Below, piece after piece: positions 49,226 to 52,400 of a stretch of 52,400 bases of DNA. The stretch lies in NCBI RefSeq assembly GCF_001194135.2, contig NC_068983.1, positions 56,283,436 through 56,335,835 on the forward strand, read 5' to 3'. This DNA comes from Octopus bimaculoides. Taxonomy: Eukaryota. Under the pieces are notes generated by a model that made no database searches, was not told the origin of the DNA, and worked only from the letters and a program-made list of their open reading frames with translations. How positions within the stretch are numbered: the stretch's first letter is position 1; the number at the start of each line of letters is the position of its first letter. Both the position numbers and the translations under genes were made by a program.

Positions 49226-49820
49226 TCATCGTCGATATTTCGTGATCGATATCGGCAGGTTGGAAATCAAAAATCAATCCTGATGGGACTTGAACATGCC
49301 AGAGAAAGGAAGGAAGCTGAAAAACAAAACAAATAACAGTAGACATTTACATATTCAGATAATTAATTCAGGGCTCTGCACTTTTTATAACTATGTAACA
49401 AAGAAATATTACATTAGTAAACAAGAGCACTCAGAGAGCGCAAAACTTCCGCTAAAGCAACATTAGCCGGAGCGGATTTTTAAAATGAGAATATCTGAAA
49501 TAAACTCGACTTTTCTCACAAACGAGAATACTAAAAATGTTTGTATTGGAGCTTCCGGTGCGAATGCCAATGCAGTATGTCGTTTCCAAATTTCTGACAG
49601 AGTGAATTGCATCATGGTGCTGTTTTTCTTACAGGCGGTACTCAACTGATCCTATTAAACTGTGTATTCGACATATTCAAAATCAAGCAATGCGCCGAAC
49701 TACTACGTCACGGTGACATAAGCAAACCAACACCACTTGTCAATCGGTGAAGAAAGAGAGAGAGACACACACACACACATACGTAAACACACAGAAATAT
49801 ATGTATGTTTACTAATTATC

Positions 49821-49851
<31 letters not shown>

Positions 49852-50166
49852 NNNNNNNNNNNNNNNNNNNNNNNNNNNNNNNNNNNNNNNNNNNNNNNNN
49901 NNNNNNNNNNNNNNNNNNNNNNNNNNNNNNNNNNNNNNNNNNNNNNNNNNNNNNNNNNNNNNNNNNNNNNNNNNNNNNNNNNNNNNNNNNNNNNNNNNNN
50001 NNNNNNNNNNNNNNNNNNNNNNNNNNNNNNNNNNNNNNNNNNNNNNNNNNNNNTATATATGTGCATGTATATATAATTTATCTCTATGCACGTGTGTATA
50101 TATATGTATATATAATTTATCTATATGCACGTATGTATATGATATGTATATACATATGTGTGTGTA

Positions 50167-50216
<50 letters not shown>

Positions 50217-50410
50217 GTTTTGGTATCGAGAAGACCCAAAATGGCAAGTAAGGCTATGTAAGTGCTATGGATACTGGAACTGCAACTGTAAAATCCAACA
50301 TATTTTTCATTTTTATTTTCTTATTTCCATTCATACTTCCCTCATCTCTCTCTTTCCAAAGTAACTTCTTATATTGAAATCTCTTTCCCTCAATTTAACT
50401 CTCTCATATC

Positions 50411-50458
50411 GTCTCTGGTGACGGGATATCCTTCATGTCCCTGAAACAGCTGTAAGAC
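50411..50458 (+). ncRNA. Near-intact minimal type I hammerhead-ribozyme motif
   Basis: gtct-CTGGTGA-c-ggga-tatccttcatg-tccc-t-GAAA-cagctg-TA-agac. Stems I and II pair, stem III is palindromic (acagctgt), the cleavage triplet is GUA, and the core has A6G. Confidence 0.55.
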
Positions 50459-51084
50459 TATCTTCCTCATTATACATGTCTTAAAAATTTCACACTGCCT
50501 TGCCTTTGTTGTCTCATTTTATTTAAAACACACACACACATGTGTAAGAGACTATATAATATTTGCTTCTGCATATAATATCAGATGAAATCCTTTGCGT
50601 AAGACATTCAATATAAAGTCAGAACTGTCCTAGAGCCAAACTATGATAGTATCGCCATGATCAAGTGATAAAAAGTGAAATGTCAATCGTGTTAGAATTT
50701 GATCTCAGAACGTAACATTATCAAATCACAACACACACATCTGCCGTTACTGCCAATCGGCTGCCGTGTTTTCACAACAAAAATAACAAAAGCAGTTGTG
50801 TGTGAACCAACCTTCTCGGGTTTCTATTATAAGCAGAATAATCGGTATCAATGTCGATTCTTCAGTTCTGGTAAATAATCTCAAAATAAGTAGCTAAATG
50901 TCCTGGCAAAAGATGATCTTCCTCCTAAATAATCTACGACTAATTACTATAGCAATGCCGTGCAATAACACCATTTAAAAGCAATCAAGCATTTATACAG
51001 TTTAAGTATCTCAAATCAAATCGAAACCATTTCCAGAACCTATTCGGTGTTTATTTACTTTTTAGGTCGGCATTGCGTGCGTGC

Positions 51085-51088
51085 GTTT

Positions 51089-51156
<68 letters not shown>

Positions 51157-52090
51157 GAAGAGGAAGCGTCGGATGTAAGAGAATGAGAAATGAGAAAGCG
51201 AAGTGAGTTGGTCATGAGCTTTGGGGATTTAAATTGCCACGTCAATTTCTCCGTGACATCAAATCGGATTAAGTAACTGCGTTCCTCACATGTTTAGCAA
51301 GAATTCCTTCCGACACATTTGCGTGATGTCGCTGCCACATGATACCTAGATTTACATGCAACTTCGAAGACAGACTGGTTTTAGATTATTGAACAGTTCT
51401 GTTCACTTTCTGCCACTTTTCAATTAACCTTTAAACAAACGACCAACATCATGAGTCGGAGTAAAAGTCGTAGTATAATATATAGGTATAAATAAATAAA
51501 TAAATAAATAGATGAACAGATAGATAGAAAGATAAGTATATAAATAGATAAATAGATTGATAAATAAATAAATAAATAAGCCTTTTACGGGTTTCTTATT
51601 GTTTCATTGAAATTTTGTTACGAGTGGACATAACGAAGGTGATATGTGAACAGGATTATTTGGAGACATTATAGTAATGGTGGTGATGGCTGTAACAACA
51701 GAAGCATACACCTCAGCTCACATATAACACGCGCAATGTGTGCGCAGGAGCGCTTTCTGTTTCTCACACACACATATAAACCCGAGCACACACGCACAAA
51801 TGCACACACACATGCGCACGTACACACACACAGACATACACACACACATACACACACGTAGGCACACATACACGAGGACGCAATCGCACGCCTAACCAAC
51901 TAGCGTATTTTAGCTATCGTGATAGGCGAGGAAACAAAATGGAATGCAATTTCCATTGCAGTAAAAGCAAATATATATGTATGTATGTATGCATGTATGT
52001 ATGTATGTATGTATGTTTGCATGTATGTATGTATGCATGCATGTATTCATACATACATGTATATAGGTACAAATATATATAGGTATGCCT
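51085..52090. repeat. (TG)n, (TAAA/TAGA)n, (CA)n and (TATG)n tracts with unique interruptions
   Basis: Direct inspection. Confidence 0.9.
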
Positions 52091-52184
52091 ATACATATAG
52101 GCAGGTATGGTGTGTGGTTAACAAGCACGCCATGTCGGCCAATACCCTTAGCGTAAATTTGGTAGAGCGAAACTCCCTGAGAAG

Positions 52185-52318
52185 CAAGCGTGCCTGTGTG
52201 GAAAGAAGGTTGCTTCTCAGTCACACCGTTCCGGGTTCAGTGCCACCGCGTGGCACTTAGGCCGACCAAATCCTTGTGAATGGATTTGATAGACGGAAAC
52301 TGAACGAAACCTGTCGTA

Positions 52319-52379
<61 letters not shown>

Positions 52380-52382
52380 CTA
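52185..52382 (+). mobile_element. SINE family B head with internal deletion, followed by (TATC)n
   Basis: gcgtgcctgtgtgg...ccgggttcagtgccaccgcgtggcac...ggatttgatagacggaaactgaa. Confidence 0.8.
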
Positions 52383-52400
52383 TGGACGGACGGTAGACGT

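Overview
AT-rich animal genomic DNA. About 5.1 kb is N, in 11 assembly gaps, most of them flanked by microsatellites. Dense (TA)n/(CA)n/(TATC)n/(TATG)n tracts and several high-copy tRNA-derived SINE families suggest an octopod cephalopod draft assembly; this is inference from repeat style, not a database result. I find no intact protein-coding gene, rRNA, true tRNA, CRISPR array or prokaryotic system. The window is mostly layered transposon remains: at least four SINE families built from shuffled modules, CR1, RTE and R4/Dong-like LINE relics, Penelope-like relics, several mariner/Tc1 and hAT non-autonomous elements, two Chapaev-3-like transposase relics and Helentron/HINE-like elements. Best leads: (1) several degenerate minimal hammerhead-ribozyme motifs, the best ones with a palindromic stem III (best at 50411-50458); (2) a SINE whose 3' tail matches a CR1 LINE end in the same window and which carries an internal microsatellite; (3) chimeric SINEs; (4) a perfect in-frame 24-bp minisatellite inside a decayed Chapaev transposase; (5) short frame-preserving candidate exons hinting at an unidentified minus-strand host gene; (6) a 196-codon ORF that looks like a decayed PHD-type LINE ORF1. 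All were identified by eye. I cannot support a claim of a wholly new biological system.
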